Source of the DNA: Pseudomonadota bacterium
GTDB lineage: Bacteria; Pseudomonadota; Gammaproteobacteria; Pseudomonadales; Azotimanducaceae
Length of the DNA stretch: 64,000 nucleotides
Direction of reading: 5' to 3'
Assembly (NCBI GenBank): GCA_038757945.1
Contig: JBCDGJ010000002.1
Coordinates: 24,186-88,185, forward strand
The translations under genes and the position numbers were made by a program. Numbering within the stretch: position 1 is the first letter of the stretch; each line of letters opens with the position of its first letter. Under the pieces are notes generated by a model. That model had not been told where the DNA came from and searched no databases. It saw nothing but the letters and a program-made list of their open reading frames with translations. Below, piece by piece: positions 37,501 through 46,550 of this stretch.

Positions 37501-38883
37501 ATGACGCTCCTGATCCGATGTTTGTTCTGCGCCCTGCTGCTGCCACTGGCCGCAGAGGTGCGGGCGTTGGAGAGCACGGAGCGGTTCGCAGAAGCCTACG
37601 ACCTCATCTACCAGATTCGCGACGTGGCCAGCGCTGCGAGCAGCAAGAGCGCCATCGGCTCCGGGTTCCAGGTGTCCGCCGACGGCCTGATCGTGACCAA
37701 CTATCACGTCGTTTCTAGCTACGTAAGCGCACCGTCGTCGCGGAACCTGGAGTATCTGGCGCGGGACGGCTCAACCGGTGCGTTGACCCTCGTAGATTTC
37801 GACGTGATCAACGACCTGGCCCTGCTGGCGCGATCGTCAGCGGACAGAGCCGGCGCTGCGGCCGAGGGCGATGCGGTTGCGATCGATGCCATAGCGGGTG
37901 CAGAAGCGGATGCAGACACGACGCCGGCAATGGCCGCTGCCGTCGAGGTACTCGCCGCGCCTGAGCGGCGCTACTTCGAGATCTCCCGTTCAGCCCCGGA
38001 ACAGGGCGAGATCATCTACGCTATCGGCAATCCCCATGATCTCGGCATGACCCTGGTGTTCGGTGCCAGCAACGGGCTGGTGGAGCACAGCTTCACCCCG
38101 CAGATCCTGTTCTCCGGATCACTGAATCCGGGCATGAGCGGCGGTCCCGGGCTGAACGAAGCCGGCGAGGTCGTGGGCGTAAACGTGGCAACCGCAGGCA
38201 GTCAGCTGTCGTTTCTGGTGCCCGCCGCAGCGGTCAGCGCCCTGCTGAACCGCGAACGCCGCCTCGAACCCGAACAGTTCGACGCAGAGATCGCCATGCA
38301 GCTCAAGGCCTGGCAGCAAGAACGCTACGACGACCTGCTGGCCCGGGACTGGCGCCGCCAGCCCATGGGCGATTTCCAGGTGCCCGGCGAAATCCGCGAA
38401 GACATCCAGTGCTGGGGCAGCAGCAACGAGAGCGACGAGGACGCCCGCATGGAGCAGCTGCAGATGAGCTGCGACGCCGGCAACCGGGTCTTCCTCGGCG
38501 CCCGGCTCAACACCGGCCAGATCCATTTCAGCTTTGGCCAGCAGCGTTCCCTCAAGCTGTCCGGCATGCGCTTCCACAAGCTGATCGGCGGCACCCGCCT
38601 GCAGGCCGATAATCGCGCAGGCAAAGAAGACGTGACCGCTTACCGGTGCAACTCCGAGTTTCTCGAGCTCGCCGATGCCGGGACAGCGGCAGACAGCTAC
38701 CGCCGCGGCATCTACTGCGTACGCGCCTATAAAAAGCTGCAGGGATTGTTTGACGTCCTGTTTCTCGGTGAGGAGCACGGCCACCTGGACGCATTCTCAG
38801 CGCATTTCACCCTCGCAGGGGTTGAAGCAACGACCGCTCAACGGTTTCTGACGCGCTTCCTGGAGAGTATCGGGTGGAACTAG
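37501..38883 (+). CDS. Secreted trypsin-like (S1) serine protease with a Cys-containing C-terminal extension of about 200 aa
   Basis: Signal peptide MTLLIRCLFCALLLPLAAEVRA. Catalytic triad context: His (TNYHVV), Asp (NDLALL) and Ser (GMSGGPGLNEAGEVVGVNVA). No PDZ domain is seen. The C-terminal region ...DIQCWGSSNESDED...MSCDAGN...YRCNSEF...IYCVRAYKK is unassigned. Confidence 0.75.
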   Translation: MTLLIRCLFCALLLPLAAEVRALESTERFAEAYDLIYQIRDVASAASSKSAIGSGFQVSADGLIVTNYHVVSSYVSAPSSRNLEYLARDGSTGALTLVDFDVINDLALLARSSADRAGAAAEGDAVAIDAIAGAEADADTTPAMAAAVEVLAAPERRYFEISRSAPEQGEIIYAIGNPHDLGMTLVFGASNGLVEHSFTPQILFSGSLNPGMSGGPGLNEAGEVVGVNVATAGSQLSFLVPAAAVSALLNRERRLEPEQFDAEIAMQLKAWQQERYDDLLARDWRRQPMGDFQVPGEIREDIQCWGSSNESDEDARMEQLQMSCDAGNRVFLGARLNTGQIHFSFGQQRSLKLSGMRFHKLIGGTRLQADNRAGKEDVTAYRCNSEFLELADAGTAADSYRRGIYCVRAYKKLQGLFDVLFLGEEHGHLDAFSAHFTLAGVEATTAQRFLTRFLESIGWN

Positions 38884-39851
38884 CGTTCAGCATCCAGAGC
38901 CGCTTTCAGCGCCAGCTGCAGCGGGAGCGGGTAAATCCTGCAGACCGCTGCTGGCACATCGGCCGTGCGTTCGACAACGAGGTGGTACTGCTCGATCCCG
39001 AGGTCGATCCGCGCCATCTGACCATCGAGCAGCAGGACGACGGCAGCTACTGGGCCCGTGATCAGGGATCCGTAAACGGAACCCGCGTAAACGGGCACCC
39101 GCTGCCCCCGGAAGGTGGCCCCGTCCAGTCCGGAGACCGGCTGGAGATCGGTACCAGCCGGCTACAGGTGTTCGATCGCGCGCACGCAGTGCTGCCGGCA
39201 ATCCCACACACGGCGAGCCGTCAGTGGGGACGGCAGCTGGGCTCCGGCGGCTGGATCCTGCTTGCAACGCTGTTCGGCCTCTGCCTCAACCTGATCTTTC
39301 ACTACTTCGGCTTTGCCCGCGAGTACACGCTGCAGGCAACCATTCGCGAAGCCTTCAACTACGGGCTTCAGGTGCTGGGCTGGACGTTGTTCTGGGGCGT
39401 GATCACACGGCTGCTGCGCGGTGAGTTTCATTTCGGTGCCCACTGGACCGTTGGTGCGGTGTTTCTCGGGCTGACACCGCTGCTCAACGAGCTGGTCAGC
39501 GTAGTGGCATTCAACGCCCAGTCCGTTGCGATCGAGGGGGTGGCCGATGCGCTGATCAGCATGCTGTCCCTCATGCTAGCCCTGTTTGTCACCCTGAGCC
39601 TTGCAACGCATCTGAACACGCGGCGGCGCTGGCTGTTCGCCGCCTTCCCGGGTCTTCTACTGCTGTTGAGCAGCTATCTGATACCGATGCTGTCGGACGA
39701 AGAGAACGTACGGCGTCCCGAGGTCGTCAGCCTTTCCCGTCCACCGCTGTTCCACCTTTCGGCAGACGTTAGTTCCGCGACCTTCGTCGCTGCACAGGAC
39801 GAGCTGTTCGAACAGACCACGCGTCTCGCGGCGGCAGATCAGGACAACTGA
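38874..39851 (+). CDS. FHA-domain membrane protein (N-terminal cytoplasmic FHA plus a multi-pass TM domain)
   Basis: FHA pattern: HIGRAFDNEVVLLDPEVDPRHLTI...SVNGTRVNGHPL...SGDRLEIGTSRLQVF. It is followed by at least 5 hydrophobic TM segments. The start overlaps the last 10 nt of the protease gene, which suggests translational coupling. Confidence 0.7.
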   Translation: MELAFSIQSRFQRQLQRERVNPADRCWHIGRAFDNEVVLLDPEVDPRHLTIEQQDDGSYWARDQGSVNGTRVNGHPLPPEGGPVQSGDRLEIGTSRLQVFDRAHAVLPAIPHTASRQWGRQLGSGGWILLATLFGLCLNLIFHYFGFAREYTLQATIREAFNYGLQVLGWTLFWGVITRLLRGEFHFGAHWTVGAVFLGLTPLLNELVSVVAFNAQSVAIEGVADALISMLSLMLALFVTLSLATHLNTRRRWLFAAFPGLLLLLSSYLIPMLSDEENVRRPEVVSLSRPPLFHLSADVSSATFVAAQDELFEQTTRLAAADQDN

Positions 39852-39877
39852 CCGCTCGCCGTCGGACTCGATCGAAG

Positions 39878-41494
39878 TCAGGAGCTACAGGACAGCTGAG
39901 AGCAGCCAACGCGGGTGCGCGCCCAGTCCGGCCGCTGTTCCGCATAGCGTTCGCAACCACTGCGTTCCTCGAACGGCGTGCGCAGCAGCGCCTGAAGGGT
40001 CAGCAACTCGGAGAAATCACCAGCCTCGGCACGATCAATAGCCTGCTGAGCGAGGTAGTTCCTGAGCACGTAGACCGGGTTTGCGCTGCGCATGCGCTCG
40101 TGACGCACCTCCTGATCGAGCCCGGCTGCTGCCTGCTGGTAGTCGGCCAGCCATGCTTCCCAGTCTGCCTTGACCGCGCCGGTCAGCTCAGTCGTTGCAT
40201 AAAACGCTGGTTCGAGGTGCGCAAGCGCGGCTGCCGGTGTGGTCACCAGGGGGAGCGTATTGAGGCGGCGAAAGCAGATCGTCATGTCCGTCTCGATTTG
40301 TGGCAGCAACGCCTCGAGCCGCGAGGCCAGAGCCACGACCGCTTCGCTGGGCTCGGCGAAGCCGAGCTTCTGTGCCATTGCCTCGGCATAACCGACGTTG
40401 AACTGCTGCGAAAACCCATTCACCGCTTCCTGCAGGGGCTCGAGCGTCTCGATCAACGGATAGAGCGCATTGGCAAGTTGCGCCAGGTTCCAGTGGGCGA
40501 CCGCGGGCTGCTGTCCGTAGCGGTAACGGCGGGTCGCCGCATCAGTCGTGTTCGGCGTCCAGTCCGGATCGAAGTCGTCGAGCCAGCCGTAGGGTCCATA
40601 GTCGATGGTCAGACCGGTAATCGACAGGTTGTCGGTGTTCATGACCCCGTGCACGAAGCCGAAGCGCTGCCAGTCGACCAGCAGCCGCGCCGTGCGCGAC
40701 ACCACCGTTGCGTACCACCGCAGATAGTCTTCCGGACCAAGCGCTTCCCCGTCCCGCTGCGCACTGCTCAGCAGCTCTGGAAACTCCGTGCGGATCACGA
40801 AGTCCGCCAGGGTACGCAGCAGCGCTTTGTCCCCCCGGGCGGCCGGTAACTCGAAGTGGCCGAAGCGTACGAAGCTGGACGCCACCCGGCACACGACCGC
40901 ACCCGGCTCCAGAGCCGCGTTGCCATCGTAGAGCATGTCGCGCAGCACGGACTCCCCCGTGAGCACGAGCGCCAGCGCACGCGTGGTCGGAACGCCGAGA
41001 TGATGCATAGCCTCGCTGCAGAGAAACTCACGGACCGAGGAGCGCAGTACCGCGAGCCCATCGGCCATCCGGGAGTACGGCGTTGGCCCAGCGCCTTTGA
41101 GCTGCAGCATCTGATGGGCGCCGGAGGGTGTCACGATTTCGCCAAGGTTGATGGCCCGGCCATCGCCGAGCTGACCGGCCCAGTTACCGAACTGATGGCC
41201 GCCGTACACGGTGGCGTGCGGATCCATACCCGCGAAGGTCGCGTTACCCGCCATCACTGCCAGGAACTCGTCGGACGCGAGCAGCTCGGGGCTGAAACCG
41301 AGCTCGGTCGCAAGATCTTCGCTGACCGCGATCCGCCGTGGCGCGCTGACCGTCTGCGGCGTTACGCGCGAATAGAGCGCAGCGCTGACCTGGCGCCGCT
41401 CGTTGGCGGTTTCCGGATCGGCCGGCAGCGCGCGGGTAAAACGGTTATCAAAGGTGAGTTCAGCGGCCAGGCCCACGACGAGCACCCCAGTCAA
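39878..41494 (-). CDS. selO: Protein adenylyltransferase SelO (YdiU/UPF0061)
   Basis: FDNRFTRALPADP...YGGHQFGNWAGQLGDGRAINLGE...LQLKGAGPTPYSRMADGLAVLRSSVREFLCSEAMHHLGVPTTRAL is the SelO signature. 538 aa. Confidence 0.9.
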   Translation of the reverse strand: MTGVLVVGLAAELTFDNRFTRALPADPETANERRQVSAALYSRVTPQTVSAPRRIAVSEDLATELGFSPELLASDEFLAVMAGNATFAGMDPHATVYGGHQFGNWAGQLGDGRAINLGEIVTPSGAHQMLQLKGAGPTPYSRMADGLAVLRSSVREFLCSEAMHHLGVPTTRALALVLTGESVLRDMLYDGNAALEPGAVVCRVASSFVRFGHFELPAARGDKALLRTLADFVIRTEFPELLSSAQRDGEALGPEDYLRWYATVVSRTARLLVDWQRFGFVHGVMNTDNLSITGLTIDYGPYGWLDDFDPDWTPNTTDAATRRYRYGQQPAVAHWNLAQLANALYPLIETLEPLQEAVNGFSQQFNVGYAEAMAQKLGFAEPSEAVVALASRLEALLPQIETDMTICFRRLNTLPLVTTPAAALAHLEPAFYATTELTGAVKADWEAWLADYQQAAAGLDQEVRHERMRSANPVYVLRNYLAQQAIDRAEAGDFSELLTLQALLRTPFEERSGCERYAEQRPDWARTRVGCSQLSCSS

Positions 41495-41520
41495 CTTGCA
41501 ACTGCGCTAGCATAGGCGCC

Positions 41521-42696
41521 ATGAGCCGTTCGATGGAACACGTCTTTTTCTTCACGCTGCTGATCGTCACTACGCTGGCGTTTCTGGGGCTGTTGAACGC
41601 ATTTATCGTTCCGGTTTTCTGGGCCATTGCGCTCGCCGTGGTGTTCGAACCGCTCAACGACCGCGTCGCCGAGCTGCTTGGCGGTCGGGGCGGCGTCGCC
41701 TCGATCATGACCATCCTGCTCGTGCTGGTCGCGATCGTGCTGCCGCTGACGCTGATCGGCGTCGTCGTTAGCGGCGAGGTCACCCGCCTCATCACTGCCG
41801 TGGAAGACGGCTCGATCGATCTCGGCCGGGGCATTCGCTGGGCTCGTGATCAGGCACCGCTCCTGTTCGAATATGCGGAGCGCATCGGGCTCGAGCCCGA
41901 CGGGCTGCGGGAGCGGCTGTCGAACATGGCGATCGTCACTGGCCAGTGGATTGCCGGCAACGCGGTGACCGTCGGCCAGAGCACGGTCCGGCTCTTCGTG
42001 AGCGTCATGCTCATGATCTACATCCTGTTCTTTCTGCTGAAGGACGGGCACGAGATCGTCCGACGCCTGGTTCAGATCCTGCCGCTGGGCGATGAGCGGG
42101 AACACCAGCTGTTCGGACGCTTCTCTGAGGTCGTCCGAGCGACGATCCGCGGCACTTTCGTCATCTCGGCCATCCAGGGTTTCATCGGTGGCGTGGCGTT
42201 TGCGCTGCTCGGCATCGACGGCGCAATTCTCTGGGGTGTCGTCATGGCCATCCTGTCCCTGCTGCCGGTCGTCGGGGCGGTACTGGTCTGGGGACCCGCC
42301 GCCGGCATCCTCATCGCCAATGGCGACCTGATCAAAGGCATCGGCATGATCGTCATTGGCATCGGGGTGATTGGCCTGGTGGACAACCTGCTGCGGCCGC
42401 TCCTCGTCGGGCGTGATACCCGTATGCCGGACTACCTGATCCTGCTCGCTACCCTCGGCGGCCTGGCCATGTTCGGCGCCACCGGACTGGTGATCGGACC
42501 GCTCATTGCTGCGCTCTTCATCACCCTGTGGGAGATGTTCGAGCAATCCTACGGCGATCGTGAGTATCAGCGTTATGGAGCAGCGGCCACCGCCGCAGAG
42601 GCAGCCACCGCGCAGCCCGCGGCAACTGATGACGCCAGCACCCTTGCTGACCCCGGCTCACCTTCCACTGACGGCACAGCGGATACCCGGGACTAG
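41521..42696 (+). CDS. AI-2E family transporter (PerM/TqsA-like)
   Basis: 391 aa, 8 TM helices, with family motifs (...LLKDGHEIVRRLVQILPLGDEREHQLF...ATIRGTFVISAIQGFIGGVAF...). Confidence 0.85.
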   Translation: MSRSMEHVFFFTLLIVTTLAFLGLLNAFIVPVFWAIALAVVFEPLNDRVAELLGGRGGVASIMTILLVLVAIVLPLTLIGVVVSGEVTRLITAVEDGSIDLGRGIRWARDQAPLLFEYAERIGLEPDGLRERLSNMAIVTGQWIAGNAVTVGQSTVRLFVSVMLMIYILFFLLKDGHEIVRRLVQILPLGDEREHQLFGRFSEVVRATIRGTFVISAIQGFIGGVAFALLGIDGAILWGVVMAILSLLPVVGAVLVWGPAAGILIANGDLIKGIGMIVIGIGVIGLVDNLLRPLLVGRDTRMPDYLILLATLGGLAMFGATGLVIGPLIAALFITLWEMFEQSYGDREYQRYGAAATAAEAATAQPAATDDASTLADPGSPSTDGTADTRD

Positions 42697-42836
42697 CACA
42701 CCCGATGCGGCTGCGATGCAGTCGCCGCGCACCGTGGTGGATCACGGACCCGCAGTTCACGTGCCGTGTCACACGCCGGTCGCAGCGCACCTGACGTTTG
42801 ACAGGTGATTGATGATCGCGCCGGTCTACTGCGCAC

Positions 42837-43319
42837 ATGTACCACCTGACCGAAGCCTATCTGCTGGCCACATTCATTGCGCTGATCGCAGCGGGATGGG
42901 GCGCGCTCGTCGCGGGCGGCAGCCTGTTGCCGGTGTTGTTCCAACGGACGTTGCCGGAAGCCCATGCAGGCCGGCTGCTGCGCGCCTACTGGCCCAAGTA
43001 CTTCCGGTTCGCCATGGGTCTTGGTCTGCTGGCCACGCTCACCAGCGCGCTGGCCTTTCCCTTCTCAGCGCTGCCGAATCTCTACGTGCTTATGGTGACC
43101 GTACTCGCCGCAGCGATGACCGCTTGCTTTTTTGCCGCATGGGCGCTGATTCCGCAGATCAACGCCGCGCGTGACGGCGGCATCGAAACAGAATTCAACC
43201 GCCTGCATCGCTACAACGTTGGCCTCACCGGCGTCGGTCTCGTCTGCGGTACCGCGTTGCTTGGGGCTCTGATCTATGTGCTGCCGGGGCAGTTCACCTT
43301 CTGGCCAATGCACGCCTGA
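42837..43319 (+). CDS. DUF4149-like small membrane protein
   Basis: 160 aa with 4 predicted TM helices. The family assignment is tentative. Confidence 0.45.
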   Translation: MYHLTEAYLLATFIALIAAGWGALVAGGSLLPVLFQRTLPEAHAGRLLRAYWPKYFRFAMGLGLLATLTSALAFPFSALPNLYVLMVTVLAAAMTACFFAAWALIPQINAARDGGIETEFNRLHRYNVGLTGVGLVCGTALLGALIYVLPGQFTFWPMHA

Positions 43320-43349
43320 GCATGAAGGCGCCGTTGCTGCGCCGTCGCC

Positions 43350-44303
43350 TCAGCTCGACGCCTGGCGCCGACGCCGCGCCTCTCCTGCCGCCCGGAGCGC
43401 CTCGCGGTTGCTGTCATCCACCCGCGCGTAGTTGGCCCGCCAGCTTTCGTCGTCGCGGAACTGAAACGGGCTGCGAACAGTCGTACGCGGCTCGGTAGCC
43501 ACGCTGAGCAGCTCCAGCGCCATCCCAACGTTCAGCGCCTGCATGGCCCGGTCTCCCGGTGGTCCGCAGGGGTTGCCGAGCGGAAAGTCGGTGAAGAGAA
43601 AGCGCGGCACCCCGCAGTACTCCACGACATCGAGCGCCGATCCCAGAACCACCGTGGTGATCCCATGGCTTTCGAGTTCGCGGGCAACCAGACTCACGGT
43701 CTGGTGACAGACGGGTCACAGCGGAACCAGCAGCGCGATATCCGCCCCCTCCTCCAGCGCGCCAGTGCGGATCGCCGGTGCGTCGTCCTCGATGGTCTGT
43801 CGCTGGCTGTACTCGGTGGGCACACAGAAGTAGCTTGCCGTGAGCGAACCCAGCCGGCCATCAGCCACCCGGGTTGCGAGCTCACGAAGCGGAAAATAGC
43901 TGGCGAGGTCCCGCGTGTGGGTCGCTTCCTTGTCCCAGGACAGATCGTCGGTGTACAGCGCCGATGGCGGATCGGCCACCGGTCGGCGCGCCAGCGCTTT
44001 CTTCTTAAGGAGCGTGGCACCGATAGGCGTATCACCGGTGGTGGCCGCCGCCGACTCGCGCAATGGGCTCGCCGTGGTGACCAGAACCAGCCTTGCTTCG
44101 GACAGCGGTTTGCGCAGGGGCGTAAACGGCACGTCTTCGAAGTGTGCCCAGCGGTAAGACCGGGCATACCCCTGTGCCTCGTAGAACAGGCGTGTGCGTT
44201 CCATGTAGCCCACGGGTGCACCGGCCGGTAGCGCTAGTGATCTGTTTCGGTCGCTGTTCATCTGTGGCCTCCCCAAAGATCTCTCTTGCGGCGGATCCCC
44301 CAC
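43350..44303 (-). CDS. Candidate selenoprotein of the GrdB/PrdB (glycine/sarcosine/betaine/D-proline reductase selenoprotein B) family. An in-frame TGA at 43716-43718 is read as selenocysteine. The N-terminal start is uncertain.
   Basis: Track ORFs 43716..44303 and 43350..43697 are in the same frame. They are separated only by TGA plus 6 codons. Read-through gives ...EGADIALLVPL-U-PVCHQT-VSLVARELESHGITTVVLGSALDVVEYCGVPRFLFTDFPLGNPCGPPGD. This creates a U-x-x-C redox motif and a PLGNP motif shared with GrdB/PrdB-family proteins. A stable hairpin (ACCAGAC-CGUGA-GUCUGGU) begins about 12 nt 3' of the UGA, which is consistent with a bacterial SECIS element. Confidence 0.55.
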
Positions 44304-44436
44304 GATCGCCGAACACCGCGCTGGTCCCCATAGCGCTCCCGCGCTCCTCCCGGCTAGAGGCTTCGGGACCGGTCCCGAAGCCGTGGTTCAGCAATTGACA
44401 GTCATCGTGGCGGGGCACAAAATTCGCGCCTCGCGT

Positions 44437-44513
44437 GGCTACGTAGCTCAGCTGGTTAGAGCACAGCATTCATAATGCTGGGGTCGTTGGTTCAAGTCCA
44501 ACCGTAGCTACCA
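44437..44513 (+). tRNA. tRNA-Met (CAU), elongator type (tRNA-Ile2 with lysidine-modified CAU cannot be excluded)
   Basis: GGCTACGTAGCTCAGCTGGTTAGAGCACAGCATTCATAATGCTGGGGTCGTTGGTTCAAGTCCAACCGTAGCTACCA. It folds as a cloverleaf with anticodon loop TTCATAA and an encoded CCA. Nearly identical to E. coli elongator tRNA-Met. Confidence 0.8.
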
Positions 44514-44897
44514 TTCAGATCAAGAGCTTAAGCTGGCCGGTGCCGTTCTTCGATTCCCACCACGAATTACCCCCGGCGCAACAGAACCCAGACCGCTAGT
44601 TGCTGGCGCTTCCTCTCTCAGCCAACACCCGACGATCTCCTGCAAGGTGGCGACCATGCTCCACCGGTCCTGATTCAGCGGTAGTCAACACAACCCGTGT
44701 CTGAGGCGTGAGAACCGATGCCAATTCGTCAACGGGTGCGACCACGGCAGGTATCGCGGTGCTTTCCGGACGAGAGTGGAAGCGTCAGCCAACTACCCCC
44801 ATTTCCGGCAGGCGAGTGCAACCGGCAGGCGTTTCGCCGAGCGATCTCGTGGGAGAATGAGGAGCGACGGACAGAGCCGGTGAGCAACGATCAAAAC

Positions 44898-45294
44898 CAT
44901 GGCCACTGAAGACGGAATTGCCGCGCGCATTCGGGTGGCGCGAGAACGAGCGGGGTTGGATCCGGCAGAGCTGCGGAATCTGCTGAGCGGGCGTGGTATC
45001 GAACTGTCCAAGGCCGGGCTGCACAGGCTGGAGACTCAGGATCCAAAAAATCCGAATCTCAGACAGATCGAAGTGATCGCTTCGATCACCAACGTCTCCC
45101 CAGCGTGGATTCTCTTCGGCGAAGGATTGACCACACCGCCGGACCAGATCGGCCTGGCGATCCGGGGTCGGGTCATCGATACCATCGAACTCATGATTGG
45201 GGCGCTCGATCTCACCGCCCGCCAGGAGCAGACCATCGAGCGCTGGCTGAAGTCGGTTCGCGAGACCAAACCCACGGTAACGCAGAAACCCTAG
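44898..45294 (+). CDS. XRE-family helix-turn-helix transcriptional regulator (phage-repressor-like)
   Basis: 131 aa. An N-terminal HTH_XRE-like segment (IAARIRVARERAGLDPAELRNLLSGRGIELSKAGLHRLET...). It sits about 385 nt downstream of the tRNA-Met. Confidence 0.6.
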
Positions 45295-45603
45295 CTGCGG
45301 CTGTTCACTTTTCCTGTACTTTCGTCCACTTCAGTGTTGACAGCCAGTCAGCCGCCCGTATACTCCCGCGCCATGACTCATCAAACCGGACAACTCGGTA
45401 GCTCAATCGCTGCCACTCGGCCCTGGCGTATGCCTGCTCTGACCCCTGGTCTCGGCGGCGTATGCCCGTGCGTGATGGGTGCCTATACGCTGATGAACGG
45501 TGGCTCGCTCTTCGTTCAGGGCAGAGGCCCCATGTTCTAGCCTTCCAAGGAGTGGTGTCCTGGGGGGCTCGATGCGTCGAACCTTCCAGGAAAACTCCCA
45601 GTG

Positions 45604-45640
45604 AGAAACCCCGGATGGTTCACACCTCCGGGGTTTTTTT
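45604..45640 (+). terminator. Rho-independent terminator
   Basis: aaaCCCCGGAtggttcacaccTCCGGGGttttttt. A 7-bp GC-rich stem is followed by a T7 run on the plus strand. Confidence 0.6.
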
Positions 45641-45844
45641 GTGCCCCGGATTTGCTCTTTAACAATTTGAACCGTGTAGACGCTGGGGCGGAGTTCTTCG
45701 TTGCGAAGGGCTGCGGCCGACAGACCGTCGTGCGCGTGCGCGCGCCCGCTCCAGACGTAAGGGCTAACGGACCCCGATTGGGCCAGGCGGCTGTCTTTGA
45801 AACAGACCGTTGTTCAATTGAGGCTCAGCGTTAGCTTGAGTTTC

Positions 45845-45930
45845 GGAGAGGCATTCAATGGCGAGCTACCCTGGCTGTAGCCCAGGCGCCCGGTTGGGCT
45901 TTGTGGGTTCGACTCCTACCCTCTCCACCA
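45845..45930 (+). tRNA. tRNA-like element of type II (long variable arm) with a possible GUA (Tyr) anticodon and a non-canonical D-arm
   Basis: GGAGAGG...CCTGG-CTGTAGC-CCAGG...GTGGG-TTCGACT-CCTAC-CCTCTCC-A-CCA. Acceptor stem, anticodon stem and T-arm pair well. The D-arm does not fold canonically. Confidence 0.35.
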
Positions 45931-46470
45931 GCTTCAGAGTCATCGGCATCGCTCGAGGCTCTGAATAGCGGCCTGGCGCTGCTAACCGTCAACAACGGCG
46001 GGAAAGGAACGCTCCCACGGCGTTTCGCCGGGACAGTAGTCCCGGTCACTCCAGGCATGTTCGGCCTCCGGTAGTCCTCGGTACCGCCGGGGATAGCGGT
46101 GAAACGATGCGCGGAAGTAGCGTGGTTTACGCACCGGCGAAGGCCGGGAATGCGGGCCCGCGAAAGAACACATGGTGGTGCGCCCCGCGACACCAACGTC
46201 GTCAACCGTGAGAGGTAACGAATAGTGCAGTTCAGTGCGAGCTCCGCAGGCAAGCGCGACTGTGCAGAGGGCAAGGGTTCTGGCGTCCAGCCAGCGTCCG
46301 GGTCATCGGTCCAGTAGCCGGCAGGTGAAGGACAGTCGGCGTGTCGTGTTTCGTCGCCCGGAACGTAACGAAGCGGCTGAAGCACGCGCGTCGTAGTGGG
46401 AACAGGACTCCGCTCGGCAGTAGCGCAGCAACCAGCGGCCGGCTCAAATCCAGTGTTTCAGATCAGCGAC

Positions 46471-46545
46471 GCGGATATAGCTCAATGGGAAGAGCGTCTG
46501 ATTACCAACCAGATGACCTCGGTTCGAACCCGGGTATCCGCTCCA
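46471..46545 (+). tRNA. 75-nt tRNA with a canonical cloverleaf and an unusual ACC anticodon (Gly-decoding by anticodon). There is an A-C mismatch at base pair 31-39.
   Basis: GCGGATA-TA-GCTC-AATGGGAA-GAGC-G-TCTGA-TTACCAA-CCAGA-TGAC-CTCGG-TTCGAAC-CCGGG-TATCCGC-T-CCA. All arms fold. The anticodon-loop positions 34-36 read ACC. Confidence 0.55.
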
Positions 46546-46550
46546 TTCAA

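Noticed and set aside
39878-41494. SelO as a second selenoprotein
   Set aside because: The ORF is continuous with no in-frame TGA. Bacterial SelO homologues are normally Cys/non-Sec proteins.
41491-42546. 351-aa minus-strand ORF
   Set aside because: It is antisense to the AI-2E transporter. It has extreme Asp/Glu/His/Arg low complexity.
45960-46440. RNase P RNA, tmRNA or 6S RNA
   Set aside because: I looked for the P4 helix motifs (GGAAAGTCCGGGCTCC / ACAGAACCCGGCTTA), a tmRNA tag ORF and the 6S RNA bubble on both strands and found none. It is left as an unassigned structured or ORF-less segment.
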